The notes beneath the pieces are model-generated. The model had not been told where the DNA came from, made no database searches, and saw nothing but the letters and a program-made list of their open reading frames with translations. Below are positions 18,551 to 27,671 of a DNA stretch of 64,000 bases, piece after piece. A program made the translations under genes and the position numbers. The DNA comes from Thermoanaerobaculia bacterium. GTDB lineage: Bacteria; Acidobacteriota; Thermoanaerobaculia; Multivoradales; Multivoraceae. The stretch covers positions 2,016,001 through 2,080,000 of the forward strand of contig OY761158.1 of the NCBI GenBank assembly GCA_963664405.1. The letters are read 5' to 3'. Position 1 is the first letter of the stretch, and every line of letters starts with the position of its first letter.

Positions 18551-20275
18551 TCAGTCCGACCCGGGCAGAGCGAAGACCCAGAGCACACCGCCAACGGGTA
18601 TGTAGGTCGACGTGCCGAGAAAACGATTGATGCCCCGGGTGTTGCGCTGAGCGTCGACTCCCCAGCCCGATTGGACGGCGACGTACTGCACACCATCGAT
18701 CTCGTAGGAAGAGGGAACGCCGGTGATTCCCGAGTTGGTGCGCTGCTTCCACAAGATCTCGCCCGTCTTGGCGTCGAAGGCGCGGAAGAATCGGTCGCCG
18801 GTGCCGCCCATGAAGACCAGGCCACCGCCGGTGGTGAGGACCGGCCCCCAGAGCTGGAGGTCGAACTCCTGGGTCCAGACTCTCTTGCCGGCATCGATGT
18901 CCCAGGCCTGGAGCTCGCCGACGTGATCCCAGCCGTCGCGCAACCTCATCTTCCCTTCCACGCCGGTGAACGTGCGACCGGGAACGTACTCGACCTCTTC
19001 GCCCTCCATGGTGGTGCAGGTGTTCTCGTTCGCCGGAATATAGAGCAGGCCCGTCTTCGGATTGTAGGCTGCCGGTGGCCAGTTCTTGCCACCCGAGAGA
19101 GACGGGCAGAAAGTGACTTCCTTGCCGGTACCGGGGGTGTGGTCGGGATCGTAGGAGGGTCGTCCCGACTTCGGATCGATCGACGTGAATGCATTCTGGT
19201 AGACGTAGGGTGCCGCGTCGATGAAGCCGATGGACTTCTTCTTGCGCTCGAGGATCCACAGATAACCGTTGCGGCCCGGATGAACCAGCGCCTTGCGAGT
19301 CCGGCCGTCCCGCTTGACGTCCATCAGGATCGGCGGGTCGACTTCGTCCCAGTCCCAAGAGCCGTTCTGGTGGTACTGGTGATGTCCGCGTAGCTTGCCC
19401 GTGTCGGCGTCGAGCGCGATGACCGAAGTGGCGTAGAGGTTGTCGCCGGGGCGCGTGTCGCCCATCCAGGGGCCGCCGTTACCAGTGCCCCAGTAGGTCA
19501 GATTCAGCTTAGGGTCGTAGGTGCCGGTGACCCACACCGGAGCTCCGCCGGTGCGCCAGGTGTCGCCGGGCCAGCTCTCGTTTCCCGGCTCGCCGGGGCC
19601 GGGGATGGTGTAGGTCTTCCAGACCTCGTCTCCCGAGTCGGCATCGAGCGCGGTGACGAAGCCGCGAATCCCCCACTCCCCTCCGGAGACGCCGACCATG
19701 ATCTTGCCGTCCACCGCCAGCGGCGCCATCGTCATGTAGTAGCCGATGGAGTAGTCCTCCACTGCCTTGTTCCACACCACCTTGCCGGTTGCCGCGTCGA
19801 GAGCGACGACCTGGGCATCCACCGTCGCAATGTAGACCTTGTCCTCCCACAGAGCGACACCCCGGTTGGTTGGGTGCATCTGCTGCAGGTCCTCGGGGAG
19901 GTCGTGTACGTAGCGCCACAGCGGGTTGCCGGTGCGAGCGTCGAGCGTGATGATCCGGCTGCCAGGGGTGGTGATGAACATGATCCCGTCGTTGACGATC
20001 GGTGGCGACTGGTGGCCTTCGTTGGCGCTGGTCGAGAAGGTCCACAGCGGCTGGAGGGAAGCGACGTTGGAGGTGTCGATCTGCTCCAAGGGGCTGTAGC
20101 CCCAGCCGTCGTAGGTGCGCCGATACATGAGCCAGTTTTCCGGCTCCGGTGCGAGCAGCCTCTTCTGGGTCACCGGGCGATAGGCGGGCGCCTCCGCAGC
20201 GACAAGCGAGGAGGCGACAAACGACGAGGTGACCAGTGCCACAGCGGGCAGGACGACTTTAGTGATGGGCAACAT
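18551..20275 (-). CDS. PQQ-dependent dehydrogenase (alcohol-type fold, no vicinal CC, D-x-D motif)
   Basis: ENWLMYRRTYDGWGYSPL, GGEWGIRG, GTGNGGP, WDWDEVD, GVQYVAVQSGWG. Confidence 0.9.
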   Translation of the reverse strand: MLPITKVVLPAVALVTSSFVASSLVAAEAPAYRPVTQKRLLAPEPENWLMYRRTYDGWGYSPLEQIDTSNVASLQPLWTFSTSANEGHQSPPIVNDGIMFITTPGSRIITLDARTGNPLWRYVHDLPEDLQQMHPTNRGVALWEDKVYIATVDAQVVALDAATGKVVWNKAVEDYSIGYYMTMAPLAVDGKIMVGVSGGEWGIRGFVTALDADSGDEVWKTYTIPGPGEPGNESWPGDTWRTGGAPVWVTGTYDPKLNLTYWGTGNGGPWMGDTRPGDNLYATSVIALDADTGKLRGHHQYHQNGSWDWDEVDPPILMDVKRDGRTRKALVHPGRNGYLWILERKKKSIGFIDAAPYVYQNAFTSIDPKSGRPSYDPDHTPGTGKEVTFCPSLSGGKNWPPAAYNPKTGLLYIPANENTCTTMEGEEVEYVPGRTFTGVEGKMRLRDGWDHVGELQAWDIDAGKRVWTQEFDLQLWGPVLTTGGGLVFMGGTGDRFFRAFDAKTGEILWKQRTNSGITGVPSSYEIDGVQYVAVQSGWGVDAQRNTRGINRFLGTSTYIPVGGVLWVFALPGSD

Positions 20276-20838
20276 CAGAGCTCCTTCTGGAAACGGATCG
20301 TGGCGCTGAAGCCGCCGGCAGCGATGAGGACGCCCTCCTCGTGCTTCAAAGGCAGGTAGGGCAGCTTCCGTGGCGCCGGGCCGGACACCACCACCGCGCT
20401 ATCGCGGGGATCGAACTCGGTCTCGTGGCAGGAGCAGAGCATGTACGGCTCCTCCCACATCGAAATATCGCAGCCGGTATGGGTGCAGATCGCTGAGTAG
20501 GCGACAGCTCCGTCGGCCGAGACCTGACGGGTCTCCTCGGCGAGCTGCTCCGGGTCGAAGCGGAGAACGAGGACCTGATTGAGCCGCGAGCCGTCCCGTA
20601 CGACACCCGTGGCAGGGTCTTTCGCGTAACAGGTCACCTGCTCGCTGCTCACGGCGAGATCGTCGACTCGGACCGTCTCCCCCTTCTTCTCACCGAAAGC
20701 GTAGACGAGGACGTCGCCTTCTTGCGGCCGCGCCTTGCGCGCATCCACCGCTGTGTCCTGGGCGCGGGCTCGCCCGACGGCACGAAGGCCAAACCACCAG
20801 GCCAGCGTTGACTTGAAGAGCGTACGGCGATCTTTCAT
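20275..20838 (-). CDS. Tat-exported Rieske [2Fe-2S] protein
   Basis: MKDRRTLFK twin-arginine leader, CTHTGC and CSCH boxes, GPAPRKLP; stop overlaps the PQQ dehydrogenase start. Confidence 0.9.
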   Translation of the reverse strand: MKDRRTLFKSTLAWWFGLRAVGRARAQDTAVDARKARPQEGDVLVYAFGEKKGETVRVDDLAVSSEQVTCYAKDPATGVVRDGSRLNQVLVLRFDPEQLAEETRQVSADGAVAYSAICTHTGCDISMWEEPYMLCSCHETEFDPRDSAVVVSGPAPRKLPYLPLKHEEGVLIAAGGFSATIRFQKEL

Positions 20839-21122
20839 AGCGACGAGCGCGGAGCATATCTCACCGAATGCGCCAGATCGCGACAGCACCTCCTCTCCCC
20901 GGGCGGCACGCGTCGAAGAGACAGAGGGCGTGATGCCGGTGGCCAACTCGCCGAAGGATGCTCCCCTCCGACCGATCAGCTGTTCTGAGCGCCTGATCCA
21001 GGCGAACAGCGGATAAGATCCCGCTTAAGGATCGTTTGCTGCAGAAGCTGATCAAGCCGCTAAGCTGACTCGGGAACGGATGCTCGCTACCGCCGGCCAA
21101 GCAGAATCACTAGGAACGCTTG

Positions 21123-21962
21123 ATGAAAACGGCAAAGGCTCTCTTCTTAGTGATCTTGGTCAGCAACGTCTTGGCAGATGCCCAGGGCCAATGGAAGGCG
21201 CCACGCGGACCCGGCGGCGTGAACCCGGATCTGAACGGTATCTGGCAGGCTTTGAACGAAGCCAATTGGGACATCGAGCGGCATATGGCGCGGGCGTCGA
21301 CGCAATTGAGAGAGGGTCCGATGGGCCCGGTGCCGAGTATTCCTACTTTGCACATGGGCGCGGTCGCAGCGGTCCCGCCCAGCCTGGGTGTGGTGGTGGG
21401 CGGCAACCTGCCCTACAAGCCCGAAGCGCTGGCCAGGCGTGACGAAAACCGGGCCAAGTGGAGCGAGCTCGACCCGGAAGTGAAGTGTTTTCTGCCTGGC
21501 ATCCCCAGAGCCAACTATCTCCCGCAGCCGTTCCAGATCTTCCAAAGCCCGGGGCAGATCGAGTTCGTCTATCAATTCGCAGGCGCCAACCGCAACATTT
21601 TGATGAAAGATCCGGGCCCGGCGCCGGCGGACTCCTGGATGGGCCAGTCGGTGGCAAGGTGGGAGGGTGACACCTTGGTAATCGAGGTGACCTCGCTGCG
21701 CCCTGACACCTGGTTCGATCGAGCCGGCAATCACCACAGCGCGGCGATGACGGTGGTCGAGCGATTCACCCCGATGGGCCCGAATCATCTGCAATACGAG
21801 GCCACGATCGACGATCCCGAGACCTACACCCGGCCGTGGACGATCAAGATGCCGCTCTATCGACGCATGGAGCCCGATGCCATGTTGCTCGATTTCAAGT
21901 GCGTGGAATTCGTTGAAGAGCTGATGTACGGCCCTTTGCGGAGCCACCCGCTGCCTCGCTAG
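21123..21962 (+). CDS. Secreted hypothetical protein ('PDLNGIW...WEGDTLV' family)
   Basis: Signal peptide; PDLNGIW, DPEVKCFLPG, WMGQSVARWEGDTLV, DFKCVE; family typically found next to DUF6152. Confidence 0.8.
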   Translation: MKTAKALFLVILVSNVLADAQGQWKAPRGPGGVNPDLNGIWQALNEANWDIERHMARASTQLREGPMGPVPSIPTLHMGAVAAVPPSLGVVVGGNLPYKPEALARRDENRAKWSELDPEVKCFLPGIPRANYLPQPFQIFQSPGQIEFVYQFAGANRNILMKDPGPAPADSWMGQSVARWEGDTLVIEVTSLRPDTWFDRAGNHHSAAMTVVERFTPMGPNHLQYEATIDDPETYTRPWTIKMPLYRRMEPDAMLLDFKCVEFVEELMYGPLRSHPLPR

Positions 21963-21989
21963 TGACCTTTGGTTGTTTGGAGTAGAGCT

Positions 21990-22421
21990 ATGAGATTCAT
22001 GAGTTTTTCTATCTTGATCGCCCTCCTCTCGTTGGTGCTGCCGCCGTCGGCCAGTGCGCATCACGCCTTTGGCGCCGAATTCGACCCCAACGCTCCCGTA
22101 CAATTGAAAGGGCCGATCGAGCGCATCGAATGGGTCAATCCGCACTCCTGGTTTCACGTCGAGCACACCTCGGAGGACGGCACGAAAACGGTGTGGATGG
22201 TTGAAGCCGGCACGCCGAACACCTTGTTTCGGCGCGGCATCAACAGGAACACGGTTCCGATCGGGACCGTTGTCATTATTGACGGCTTTCAGGCCAAGGA
22301 CGGGGCCAATCGCGCCAACGGCCGGCGCATGACGCTGACGAATGGCGAGACGTTGTTCATGGGCTCGAGCGGCACCGGCGCGCCATCCGATGGCACCGAT
22401 CCGACCGAAGGCCGGCGCTGA
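21990..22421 (+). CDS. DUF6152 family secreted protein
   Basis: Signal peptide ending ASA then HHAFGAEFD; WVNPH; WMVE. Confidence 0.85.
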   Translation: MRFMSFSILIALLSLVLPPSASAHHAFGAEFDPNAPVQLKGPIERIEWVNPHSWFHVEHTSEDGTKTVWMVEAGTPNTLFRRGINRNTVPIGTVVIIDGFQAKDGANRANGRRMTLTNGETLFMGSSGTGAPSDGTDPTEGRR

Positions 22422-22437
22422 TGCAGGAGGCAATGCG

Positions 22438-23565
22438 ATGACGAAACAGTGCTTTTTCCGAGGTTCGATTCGATCTTTCGTAATGCTGGGGCTTGTTGGT
22501 GCGGCCCTGGGGGGTGCCGCCTTCGTAGGCGCCGAGACACCCAGAATGGACAGCGGCAAGCCGGATTTTTCGGGGACCTATGAACTCACCACTTTGACAC
22601 CGTTCACACGCGATCCGAAGCTGGGTGAGACGAAGACGTTCACACCGGAGGAGGTGGAGGAGCTCAAGCGTCTCTCGCATTCGCGCGTCGACCAAGCCGC
22701 GGCGGTGATCGATCCCGATCGTGATGCGCTTGCGGCGCTCGAAGGGAAGGCGCGCGAGGGAGGAGTCGATCGCTCAGGCAGTTTTACCCCAGGTAGTCAT
22801 GACTTCTTCTGGTTCGACTGTGGCGGGCAATACTGCGACCTGTCCCAGGTCAACGGCGAATACCGCACTTCGATCATCATCGATCCGCCGAACGGTCAGT
22901 TGCCTGCCGTCACCGAGGAAGGCAAGGCACGGCGAGCGGCCATGAGATCTCCGGGCCGGCCGGGGAAGTACCCGGGTGAAGCATGGTGGCTGGAAGAAGG
23001 GCTGGATCCCTTTGGAAATCCCGAGGGCATGGGGCTGGGCGACAGGTGTATCTACTCAGGCGTTACGGTGCCCATGCGTCCCGTTGTTTACAACAACATG
23101 AAAACCATCGTGCAATCCGACGATCACGTGCTGATCATGGTTGAGTGGATGCATTGGGGAAGGGTGGTCAGACTCAGGTCCGAGGGGCGCCCCGCCGAGC
23201 ACCTGCCGGAGTACATGCGCTCCCTTGGCGGCGATTCCATCGGCTGGTGGGAAGGGGATACCTTGGTGGTGGAGACGACGAACTTCCTGGCAGGGCCAAG
23301 GGTCCCGCGAGAGGGCTTGCGCGTCGTTGAACGCTTCAGTCCTCACGATGAGGGCAGTCTGCTCTACAACTTCACGGTGTATGACTCCGACTACGAATCG
23401 CCCTACACCGGTGAGTTCGCGTGGCCCAAGAGTGAAAAACGGTTGTATGAGTACGCTTGTCACGAGGGCAACTACGCGATGTCGAACACCTTGCGCGGCG
23501 CGCGAGTGCTCGAGCAAAAGTGGATCGAGAAGAATGGCCCGCCAAAGGCAAGGAAAGCGGAGTGA
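22438..23565 (+). CDS. Secreted hypothetical protein ('PDFSG...YEYACHEGN' family)
   Basis: GGAGG RBS; GKPDFSGTY, SIIIDPPNGQLP, GDRC, GDSIGWWEGDTLVVETTNF, YEYACHEGNY; homologous to 21123-21962. Confidence 0.8.
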   Translation: MTKQCFFRGSIRSFVMLGLVGAALGGAAFVGAETPRMDSGKPDFSGTYELTTLTPFTRDPKLGETKTFTPEEVEELKRLSHSRVDQAAAVIDPDRDALAALEGKAREGGVDRSGSFTPGSHDFFWFDCGGQYCDLSQVNGEYRTSIIIDPPNGQLPAVTEEGKARRAAMRSPGRPGKYPGEAWWLEEGLDPFGNPEGMGLGDRCIYSGVTVPMRPVVYNNMKTIVQSDDHVLIMVEWMHWGRVVRLRSEGRPAEHLPEYMRSLGGDSIGWWEGDTLVVETTNFLAGPRVPREGLRVVERFSPHDEGSLLYNFTVYDSDYESPYTGEFAWPKSEKRLYEYACHEGNYAMSNTLRGARVLEQKWIEKNGPPKARKAE

Positions 23566-23611
23566 ACATCTCCAAGTCGCGCGGCGTCGAGAGCGTCATG
23601 CAAGGTGGACG

Positions 23612-25585
23612 ATGGCGAACGGCGCCTCGATAGCCTGCACGGTAGCCGCTCTGGTGGGCTCCGCCGCCGTCTCCGCCCAGTACGGCGCGCAAAACGGTGA
23701 GTGGCCGCATCACGGCGGCGACCAAGGCTCGACGAGATACTCGGCGCTGAGCGAGATCGACGCCGGCGGCTTCTCTCGACTCGAAGTCGTGTGGCGGTGG
23801 GAGTCGGCCGACGAGCGACTCGGAGACGGCATCCCTTATGAGTCCGGAAACTTCCGATCCACGCCACTGGTGCTCGGTGACCTGATGTACGTGGTGACCT
23901 CCCACGGCCAGGTCGCCTCGTTGAGACCGGACACGGGTGAGGAACTGTGGGTCTACGACCCGAAGAGCTACGAGCGCTCACGCCCGACAGCCATGCCGCT
24001 CATCACCCGCGGCATCGAGTACTGGACCGACGGCGAAGAGGAGCGCATCTTCGTCGCGACGCTCGGGAAGCAGCTGGTCTCGATCGACGCCAAGAGCGGA
24101 CGAGTAGATCGCCGCTTCGGCGAAGACGGCATCGTCGACCTCTCCCAGGACCTGACCTCGCGCCCCTTCGTCGAGCGCGACATCACTAACGGAGCCCCGC
24201 CGATCGTGGTCGGCGATAGCGTCATCGTCGGCTCCAAGATCTTCGACTTCATGCTCAGAAACAACAGTCCGCCAGGACACATCCGCGCCTACGACGTGCG
24301 TAGCGGCAAACTCAAATGGCGCTTTCACACCATCCCGCAGGAAGGTGAAGAGTTCACCGAGACTTGGGAGGGTGACTCGTGGAAGAAGGCGGGCAATGCC
24401 AACGCCTGGGCGCCGTTGAGTGCCGACCCCGAGCTCGGTTATGTCTACATCCCCACCTCGACCCCGACCAACGACTATTGGGGGGGCGAGCGCCATGGTG
24501 ACAATGTCTACGCCGAGAGTCTGGTGTGCCTCGACGCCGAGACCGGCGAGCGAATCTGGCACTTTCAAACCGTCCATCACGGAATCTGGGACTACGACAT
24601 CGCCTCGGCAGCCAATCTGATCGACGTGGTGGTCGAGGGTCGGCTTATCAAAGCGGTGGCGCAGGTTTCGAAGACCGGCTTTACCTACGTCTTCGACCGA
24701 GCGACCGGTGAGCCGTTATGGCCAATTGAAGAGCGGCCCGTAAACAGCGCAACCACGGTACCGGGAGAGAAGCTGTCGAAAACGCAGCCCTTTCCGACCA
24801 AACCGCCGCCCTTCGACCGCCAGGGCATGAGCGGGGACGATCTCATCGACTTCACGCCGGAGCTCAGAGCGGAGGCTCTCGAGGCCACGAGGGACTACAT
24901 CCTGGCTCCGATGTTTCCTCCTCTGATCGTCATCGGCGACGGCGGCAAACTCGCCACCATCGTCATGCCCGGGGCCGGAGGCGGTGCCGACTGGCCCGGG
25001 GCCTCGATCGACCCGGACACCGGCCTTCTCTACGTCCTGTCGCAAACGCGCCCGAGCGGCATGGCCCTGGCCGAGCCGGACCCCGCTCGCTCGGATTGGA
25101 GATACGTCATCAGCCGTTCGCGGCCGGAAGGCCTCCAAGGCCTACCCTTCTTCAAGCCACCGTACACGCGCATCACCGCCCTCGATCTCGGCACCGGCGA
25201 GCTCGCCTGGCAGGTTCCGCATGGTCGGGGCCCCACTGAGCACCCCGCCCTAAAGCATCTGGAGCTGGGGCCTCTCGGGACCTTGGGCCCTCGCGAAGGC
25301 GGCCTGTTGGTGACCAAGACGCTGCTTGTGACCATCCTCGCCAAAGTCGATGAGAGCGCCTACTTTGGCCGAACATCGAGCGACCGAGGGAGGGTAGACG
25401 GCTCCACCCTGCAGGCCTACGACAAGACGACAGGGGAGCTCCTGGCCGAGGTCGACGTCGACACCCATCTGCACGGCGCACCGATGACCTACCTACACCA
25501 GGGCCGCCAATACATTGCGGTCGCCGGCGGCGGGAGCGGGGAAGAGAAGGCGGAGCTGGTCGTCTTCGCCCGTCCTCGAGACTGA
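23612..25585 (+). CDS. PQQ-dependent dehydrogenase, glucose/quinate type (no N-terminal membrane anchor)
   Basis: WPHHGGDQGSTRYS, PPGHIRAYDV, VHHGIWDYD, WPIEERPV, SKTQPFP, KPPY, GAPMTY. Confidence 0.9.
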   Translation: MANGASIACTVAALVGSAAVSAQYGAQNGEWPHHGGDQGSTRYSALSEIDAGGFSRLEVVWRWESADERLGDGIPYESGNFRSTPLVLGDLMYVVTSHGQVASLRPDTGEELWVYDPKSYERSRPTAMPLITRGIEYWTDGEEERIFVATLGKQLVSIDAKSGRVDRRFGEDGIVDLSQDLTSRPFVERDITNGAPPIVVGDSVIVGSKIFDFMLRNNSPPGHIRAYDVRSGKLKWRFHTIPQEGEEFTETWEGDSWKKAGNANAWAPLSADPELGYVYIPTSTPTNDYWGGERHGDNVYAESLVCLDAETGERIWHFQTVHHGIWDYDIASAANLIDVVVEGRLIKAVAQVSKTGFTYVFDRATGEPLWPIEERPVNSATTVPGEKLSKTQPFPTKPPPFDRQGMSGDDLIDFTPELRAEALEATRDYILAPMFPPLIVIGDGGKLATIVMPGAGGGADWPGASIDPDTGLLYVLSQTRPSGMALAEPDPARSDWRYVISRSRPEGLQGLPFFKPPYTRITALDLGTGELAWQVPHGRGPTEHPALKHLELGPLGTLGPREGGLLVTKTLLVTILAKVDESAYFGRTSSDRGRVDGSTLQAYDKTTGELLAEVDVDTHLHGAPMTYLHQGRQYIAVAGGGSGEEKAELVVFARPRD

Positions 25586-25675
25586 GCGCTCGGCAGCCGC
25601 CGTGGCATTCGCGCTCGCAACGGGCGGTCCCCGTTTCCTGGTAGATTACGGCCAACCAAGCCTGGAGGGCGAAAG

Positions 25676-27601
25676 ATGAGATGTATGGCGACATTGGTGG
25701 TAGGAGTATTTCTGCTCGGCGGCTGCGGCGCGGGCGACGAACCGGCAGTCGAAGCACCGGCAGCAGGATCCGCCTCGGAATCGGCGATGGCGCCACCCAA
25801 TCCGAATCGCAACGCCTACTTCGGCGATATTCACGTCCACACCAAGAACTCCTTCGACGCCTTCGCCTTCGGCACTACCGAAGACGCCAATGCCGCCTAT
25901 GAGTTCGCCAAGGGTGCAGGAATCATGCATCCGGCCGGCTTCGAGATGAAGCTCGACCGGCCACTCGACTTCCAGATGGTGGCCGATCACGGCATGTATC
26001 TCGGCATGCTGCCGGCGATGACCGATCCCGACTCTCCGGCTTACAATCACCCCGAAGCCGAAGATATTCGCAAGGGCGGAGGAGCCGAGGCACGGCGGGC
26101 GAACTTCCTCGGAATGTTCCCCTACCTGGCCGGAGAGCCGGGAACCGAAGAGCATCTCAATATGGATGTCGTGCGCGGCGCATGGCAGGAGAACATCGCG
26201 GCTGCCGAGCGGCATAACGATCCCGGCAAGTTCACGGCCTTGATCGGCTACGAATACACTTCTGCGGGCGGAGAGCGGGACAATCTGCATCGCAACGTGG
26301 TCTTTCGCGGCTCCGCCGCTCCGCCGGCACCGTTCACCCGCCTCGACTCCCACAACCCCGAAGATCTATGGGCCACCATGGACCAGTGGCGGGCCCAGGG
26401 CATCGACGCGCTGGCCGTCCCGCACAACTCGAACGGCTCCGGTGGTCGCATGTTCGAGCGCGAGTACTTCGACGGTGGCGCCATCGACACTGCCTACGCC
26501 GAGTTGCGGATGCGCAATGAGCCAGTCGTCGAGACGACACAGGTCAAGGGCACCTCCGAGGCACACCCGGGGCTCTCGCCCAATGACGAGTTCGCCGATT
26601 TCGAGATCATGCCCTACAAGATCGCCACCACGATCATCAGTCAGCCGGAAGGCAGCTACGTGCGCGACGCTTATCGCCGCGGTCTCGAGATCGAGGACGG
26701 CGGGGTCACAAACCCTTACAAATTCGGTCTCATCGGTTCGAGCGATACCCACGTCTCCGCCGGCTCTTTCGACGAAGAGAACTACTGGTCGAAAGTCGCC
26801 CTCCTCGACTCGACACCGGAGAACCGCGGGTCGGTACCAGGCACAGGGGTGAACGCCACATCCGGCGATCCCTCGGAGCAGTCGGACTCCTCCATGCGAA
26901 CCGATGACGGCTCCGGCCGCACCTACCGCGACACCTATTACTACACCTGGGGCGCGTCGGGGCTCGCCGGCGTCTGGGCCGAGGAGAACACGCGTGAAGC
27001 GATCTTCCAGGCCTTCCGGCGCAAGGAGACTTTCGCCACTTCCGGGCCGCGCATTCGGGTACGTTTCTTCGCTGGACAGGGACTCACGACTGAGAGTCTG
27101 GAGGACTCGGACTTCCTCACCAAGGCCTACGCGGGAGGCGTGCCGATGGGTGGGGATCTCTCCGCTTCGGACGTGGGCTCCGCCCCCACCTTCGCCACCT
27201 GGGCGCTGCGTGATCCCCTCGCTGCCCCGCTCGACCGGGTGCAGATCGTCAAAGGTTGGTCGGACAACGGCAAGAGCGACGAGCGGGTCTACGACGTAGC
27301 GTGCTCGGACGGCGCCAGCGTCGACCCCGCCACCCACCGCTGCCCAGACAACGGCGCCAGCGTCGACCTCAGTAACTGCCAGGTCAGCGCGGACTCGGGC
27401 GCGGACGAGCTCAAGGCGGTGTGGACCGACCCGGATTTCGCTGCGAGTCAGCGCGCCTTCTACTACGTACGGGTGCTCGAGAACCCGACCTGCCGCTGGT
27501 CGACCTGGGATGCGATCCGCGAAGGCGTCGAGCCGCGACAGGATGTGTCGGCAGCCATCAAGGAGCGCGCCTGGTCGTCACCGATCTGGTACACCCCGTA
27601 G
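25676..27601 (+). CDS. DUF3604 family lipoprotein (copy 2)
   Basis: Lipobox LLGGC; FGDIHVHT, DHGMYLG, GYEYT, LHRNV, PHNSN, SSDTH. Confidence 0.9.
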   Translation: MRCMATLVVGVFLLGGCGAGDEPAVEAPAAGSASESAMAPPNPNRNAYFGDIHVHTKNSFDAFAFGTTEDANAAYEFAKGAGIMHPAGFEMKLDRPLDFQMVADHGMYLGMLPAMTDPDSPAYNHPEAEDIRKGGGAEARRANFLGMFPYLAGEPGTEEHLNMDVVRGAWQENIAAAERHNDPGKFTALIGYEYTSAGGERDNLHRNVVFRGSAAPPAPFTRLDSHNPEDLWATMDQWRAQGIDALAVPHNSNGSGGRMFEREYFDGGAIDTAYAELRMRNEPVVETTQVKGTSEAHPGLSPNDEFADFEIMPYKIATTIISQPEGSYVRDAYRRGLEIEDGGVTNPYKFGLIGSSDTHVSAGSFDEENYWSKVALLDSTPENRGSVPGTGVNATSGDPSEQSDSSMRTDDGSGRTYRDTYYYTWGASGLAGVWAEENTREAIFQAFRRKETFATSGPRIRVRFFAGQGLTTESLEDSDFLTKAYAGGVPMGGDLSASDVGSAPTFATWALRDPLAAPLDRVQIVKGWSDNGKSDERVYDVACSDGASVDPATHRCPDNGASVDLSNCQVSADSGADELKAVWTDPDFAASQRAFYYVRVLENPTCRWSTWDAIREGVEPRQDVSAAIKERAWSSPIWYTP

Positions 27602-27671
27602 CATCGCGGTCGTTAACGGGCGGTCCCGTTTGCTGGTAGATTGCGGCCCTACCAAGCTTGGAGGCCGAAGA

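Noticed and set aside
20975-21055. Nested inverted repeats between the divergent Rieske and 21123 genes
   Set aside because: Short GC-rich stems without the shared repeat core or a second copy; could be chance.
24585-24600. WDYD in the third PQQ dehydrogenase as a lanthanide signature
   Set aside because: This motif is common in glucose/quinate-type quinoproteins and is not diagnostic in that subfamily.
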